Positions 53,161 to 57,926 of a DNA stretch of 57,926 nt are shown here, in pieces (position 1 is the stretch's first letter; each line of letters begins with the position of its first letter). Both the position numbers and the translations under genes were made by a program. Origin of the DNA: Octopus sinensis (lineage: Eukaryota). The stretch is taken from the NCBI RefSeq assembly GCF_006345805.1, contig NW_021833796.1, positions 1 through 57,926 of the forward strand, written 5' to 3'. The notes below the pieces were generated by a model. It was given only the letters and a program-made list of their open reading frames with translations, was not told where the DNA came from and searched no databases.

Positions 53161-53280
53161 CATCATCATCATTATTATTACTACTATTATTATTATTACT
53201 ATTATTATTATTCAGGTCACTGTCTGGAATCGAACTCGGAATCTTGAGGTTAGTAGCCCGCGCTCTTAACAACTACGCCA
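52870..53280 (-). mobile_element. tRNA-headed, (AAT)n-containing, hammerhead-tailed short element, copy A
   Basis: Minus strand TGGCGTAGTTGTTAAG..GAGTTCGATTCC head, then repeats, then ACAC-CTGATGA-A-GGCTG..CAGCC-AAAA-CATT^GTGT (52964-53007). Confidence 0.88.
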
Positions 53281-53362
53281 CGGGCATATGGTGTAGTGGT
53301 TATTAGTGCGAGCTACTAACCCCAAAATTCCGAGTTCGATTCCAGACAGTGACCTGAATAAC

Positions 53363-53439
<77 letters not shown>

Positions 53440-53596
53440 CAACAACAACATCGATAAACACCTTAGGAATGAAAACTCGGGTTCGAAATTTCCCCAACAC
53501 ACCTGATGAAGGCCGGAGGGTATATCAGCCGAAACGTTGTTAACAACAAACAAGATGGGGACAAATATCCGTCAAATGTAAATAATGTAAATAATG
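53281..53596 (+). mobile_element. Same element, copy B (head-to-head with copy A)
   Basis: A-box TGGTGTAGTGG (53289-53299), B-box GTTCGATTCC (53334-53343), (AAT)n, then CTGATGA (53503-53509)-A-GGCCG..CAGCC-GAAA-CG-TT^GT. Confidence 0.9.
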
Positions 53597-53619
53597 TGCG
53601 TTATATACATTTTTTTAAA

Positions 53620-54159
53620 AGTAGATCAAAATATCATACAACTGCTTCCCAATGTGAAGAACATTATATCTCGTAAAAATCACCAAGAACCCACTCCCAT
53701 TTGTAATTGTCGAGACCCTAAAGCCTACCCACTTGACCTGGCTTCTAAGATAAACTCCGTTATATACGATACTGAAGTTACAGCAACGCTTCGAAATAAG
53801 TCAATTTAATAGAAGAATTATATCGGGCTAAGTGAGGGCGAATTCAAAAGACGTTATGCAAACCACCTGTCTTCTTTTCGTCACATCAATAAAAGTAATG
53901 CAACTAAGTTGGCTAGCCACATATGGAATTTTAATAGCGGCCCCACACTGCATACAATTAAGTAGAGAATAATGGAGAGTCTAAGACATATGTTAAAGGA
54001 TCTAAGAAATGCAACTTATGTGTAACAGAAAGATCTCATACTCTTCTTAGATCCATCAATTCCAACACACTGCTTAATTCCAGATCTGAAATTTGTAGGT
54101 GTAACCACATGGACAGGTTTCTTTTATCGAATTGGAGCGCACCACCCGCTCCAGATTGA
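53620..54159 (+). pseudogene. Penelope-like element linker plus GIY-YIG endonuclease relic with natural stop
   Basis: PNVKNIIS..CNCRDPKAYPLD..SVIYDTEVT..**KNYIGLSEGEFKRRYANHLSSFRH..KLASHIW..-SKKCNLCVTER..LLNSRSEICRCNHMDRFLLSNWSAPPAPD*. Confidence 0.92.
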
Positions 54160-54484
54160 TTTACTGTCTAACAGACTTTGACATATATTCTATTGTTTTG
54201 TTCAATACCAGTTGTATTTAATGTGCTTTCTGCAATCAGGGAGGATGAGGATCTTAGTTTTCTTCATTTCGTTTTTACTCGATCCTGTTTTTTTTTTGTT
54301 TTTTTTGCACTCTTCTCACGTTTTTACTTTTTTTTCTTTATTTTCTCACTGTCCATTAAAGTATATTTAATGCATAAACAGAGTCTGAAAGATTGCTTGG
54401 AGATACATGTTGTATTTTATAAATATGCCTGTTCAAGTATCATAAAAGCATGAAACTATTTATAGCTCTTTCGGTTGTGTAATT
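54160..54484 (+). mobile_element. PLE 3' UTR / pseudo-LTR with decayed hammerhead-like motif
   Basis: AGAGT-CTGAAAGA..AAGCAT-GAAA-CTATTTATAGCTCT; homologous to 52741-52862. Confidence 0.7.
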
Positions 54485-55043
54485 AATTTAAATATATATA
54501 TAGCCGGAATAAATAGCATACAATTTTTTATGAGCGCACCCAAAAGCTTTTTATGTAAATGGACTTGAAGTGTATATATATATATGTGTGTGTTTGTGTA
54601 TTTATTTATTTATTTATATAGATGTTAGCCTTCAAAGTTCGGATCGGGCATCGAAAGCAATAATCTATCCAGGTTTGGACAACAATAATAAAAATTATTA
54701 ACAATACACATCTGCTTCTTTCTCAGTTTTTCAACTCTTAGACTTCTTTTGGCCATGCTTATTTCTCTTTCGAGAGTTATAAGGATAATGTTTTAGAATC
54801 TTTTTGTAAAATACATAACCTTGACCAGAACACTAGACTACAGATTTAGTTTGTATCATAATCACAAACTCTTGAGCCCTAAAATTGCAATAGTGATGTT
54901 CTACAAGCACCTAAAAGATAGGATGGTCAATAGCATTGAAAGTATAAAACTGTAGTTTTAATATGTTTAGGGGACATTAAAAGATTAACTACAGTTACCA
55001 GGAAAATGGCAACGCACTGCTTTCAGAGAAACAACATTAATAA

Positions 55044-55104
<61 letters not shown>

Positions 55105-55535
55105 CTCACCCTGGTAAAAATTAGCTGTGATTAGGAGTGGAGAAAATTATCCCTACCAGGTTCAGATACCCAACATTCACTTCCTCCAAATCTTTCTGCT
55201 GTATTATACACTTTCACTTCCGTTCTCATTTCTTCTTAGGTGAATATTCTCGAGTAAGGAGGCACTTCTTTTTGTTACGCAACTCATCTGATCTTCCTTC
55301 CTTTGCAATGCTAGGAAAGGATGCGTTACATTTGTTATTTTTGTTATTGTCATTTAAGCTGGTGTTTTTCGACACATTTTTCAATGAGGCTTGCCAAATT
55401 GCCTATCTCTGTTTATAGCTGTTTCTTTAATTATGAGTTTATTTCATCGTTTGAGTTTTGTATTTTTAAAAGTTTTGCAGGAGTATCCATTGCTTATAAG
55501 TTTGTTGATAAATATAATTTTTTGCTATTTCAAAG

Positions 55536-55585
55536 GTGACTATATCGAACCACCAATAGAAAAGACAAATCAGAAGCTTCTAAAG
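55536..55585 (+). CDS. Candidate internal exon, 50 nt (xDYIEPPIEKTNQKLLK)
   Basis: TTTTTTGCTATTTCAAAG acceptor (AAG, weak), AAG|GTATAT donor, single open frame; may instead be an antisense TE remnant. Confidence 0.2.
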
Positions 55586-57115
55586 GTATATGTACGCAGT
55601 ACAATACCTAAGAACAAACCAACTGGAATATAGAGTAAAATAAAATAAAGATAAAAGTAACTGTTAAAGGAATGAATGTCCAAAAAAACCCTAGCAGACT
55701 TTCAATTTAAGTCGTTAAATTGATTCCTTAGTGATTTTTCAAGCTTGCAATCTTCAGCAATAGTAAATTTTGGCATCAAAAGCTGCAACATATTTCTGTA
55801 TAATGCTTGATAACTTTATTTTGCACTTAAAATTTAGAGACATTCTTGCAAATTCTCTACAGAATCTAATTTGCTTCTTTACTACCTTCTCAGGGAACTC
55901 AGCACTTTCAGATAAAAAGAATAATGGTTGTTTATAATATTTTAGCCATTTTATTTCCCGAGTCAACAAAGAAGTCACTGTGGGATATCTCGATCCGCTG
56001 AAAGTAACACCGTACCGACATAAGAAAAACCTAGTACACTGAAAAATGTTGTTCAACATGTTCATAAAGTCGATGACAAGATGTATTTTACCGGAGTCAT
56101 CTTAAGTTAGCTAACATGGGTGTTGCAGCATCAGAACGCTGGAGGTATGATATAATTTCCTTATATTTCAATTGGGTAGGGCGGCCCACTTCTTCGGTTG
56201 AACTCTCGGGTCTATGTGCATACAATACCTATTGACATTCCTACGTTTCTTTGATTATAAGCTTGTTAAATCAAAGTAAAGCTGCAGTTAATCAACCATA
56301 TTAATGCTGTCATGTGTATCATACTAAATGTATAGACACTTTTAGAAGGCACGATGCTGAAGAATTGTCTGAGATAAAATTTCCTTATTAGCTTGTGCTA
56401 AAAACACAATATATATATATATCAGAGTGACATTTACATTGTCGCCGCGCTGACTCACGAAATTGACAGAGACATTTCTTCTTTGCTGAAGCTTGTCAAT
56501 GCCGTGCATCCGATTGTCATTTGCTTCATGCTTCGATATATAGGAAACAACGAATAAAATATTCACTGATATTGTGGAAGTTTGCCATGCTGTAGAAAAA
56601 ACTCTGGGTACGCAATTGGAAGAGCATTGAATTAAAACTCCCATTAGTATATTATGCAAAATGAACATATATCGTTAGAACAGCATAGTGTTTATCAAAT
56701 CATAACAAAAAAAAAAAATTTCACTTTTTCGGCTGGAAAAAAATCCGTGAAATATTTTAAGATCCAAATGTCTTAAAAAAAAGTTTAAAAATTGGTGAAG
56801 CATTTCTTGGTGCATTTTACCCGAAAAGAAAATAAAGGTCAGGTTGGAATATGTGTAATTGTATGGTTGATTATGGCTGAACAACATCAATAACAACAAC
56901 AAAAACAATGACAATAAGAAAACAGTAATAAGAACATGTCTATGGTACTTATTATATATGGAATTAAATGAGAACTTGAACACCCTATTTGGACGGACAA
57001 AATTAAATACTCCATAGTGCTCTTCTTTCTCTACATCATAGTCTCTGACTAATATTATTAATAACAATGAGTGTTTGTCTTAGTGGTTGCAATTAAACAT
57101 GTGATACTTTATTGT

Positions 57116-57170
<55 letters not shown>

Positions 57171-57200
57171 GTATACTTATATATATATACATATATATAC

Positions 57201-57260
<60 letters not shown>

Positions 57261-57926
57261 ACATAGCGAAAAAAATCCCTCTATTCCTCATAATATTATC
57301 CTGTTGTATGCGATGTACAAGTGATGTTATAATCCACGCACATCATACACCCACCATATTGCCCGAGATGTTGTTAATAAACTGTGCTCGCTATTTCACA
57401 CTCACCTCCGACCCTATGCAAACAAGACTGTCGTACCGTTGTATATGGCTACATTTCCGTGTTCTGATATGAGTTTACAACCAATTTCCATTGTGGGTAT
57501 AAAAAAAATTAAAACAAAACAAGTTTAGATTTCCATTTTTGGACTACAGAAACTAATACAGATACTCCAATGAAATAAAAATTCACCCACCCATCTTCTC
57601 TTCTTAGCGATAAAACTTAACCCACACACTCTGGTTACGCTATACTGATTTTTTTCGTCTGCATCCCACTTTACTGACAACATATATATTACTGATACTC
57701 AAACATATACAGAAGCACATACAATTACCCTCTGTTTTCCACACACATACACACAAAGACACACATATAAATGCATGCTAGCGTTAGCATGCATCATACA
57801 TACATTTAGTCGCTCCGTCATCCATTGCTTTTTTAATTGTAGAGCATACGCTATGCATACAAACTATACATATACACATACATACATATATACATATATC
57901 CATACATAGATATATAAAGAGAGAGA

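Noticed and set aside
53281-53356. Possible tRNA gene (A/B boxes, CT-ACT-AA loop)
   Set aside because: No proper acceptor stem; it is the head of a repeated element present twice here
55720-55765. Minus-strand CTGAAGA..GAAA
   Set aside because: No valid stem II or stem I
55130-56100. Minus-strand peptides faintly like a PLE RT thumb/linker (NTSCHRL.., FPEKVVKKQI, CLLTREY)
   Set aside because: Similarity is too fragmentary to call by eye; needs a profile search
57406-57463. Minus-strand exon candidate with GAG|GTGAGT donor
   Set aside because: Weak acceptor with no pyrimidine tract; unsupported

Overview
AT-rich, repeat-saturated eukaryotic DNA. The tRNA-derived SINE families look like those I recall from octopus genomes, so a cephalopod source is an inference, not a lookup. 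No complete protein-coding gene, rRNA, true tRNA or CRISPR array is supported. Almost all listed ORFs are microsatellite read-throughs. The window holds about 15 copies or fragments of one CORE-like SINE with an internal microsatellite, about 10 copies of a second SINE and one copy of a third. It also holds three Tc1/mariner relics plus a mariner MITE, an R4/Dong-like restriction-like-endonuclease LINE 3' end, and two Penelope-like (PLE) GIY-YIG endonuclease relics. Two near-identical 1.3-1.4 kb tandem duplications are bounded by microsatellites and may be assembly artefacts. A few orphan exon candidates are present. The main signal not explained by the ORF track is a set of minimal type I hammerhead ribozyme motifs (CTGANGA...GAAA-palindrome-GTH) at about 8-10 loci, belonging to several distinct short elements. 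They usually sit next to microsatellites and often occur as inverted pairs. The best example (52.7-54.5 kb) is a tRNA-headed, hammerhead-tailed element present as a head-to-head dimer, flanked by an 11-bp direct repeat and nested at the inversion junction of a PLE. All folding and alignment was done by eye.
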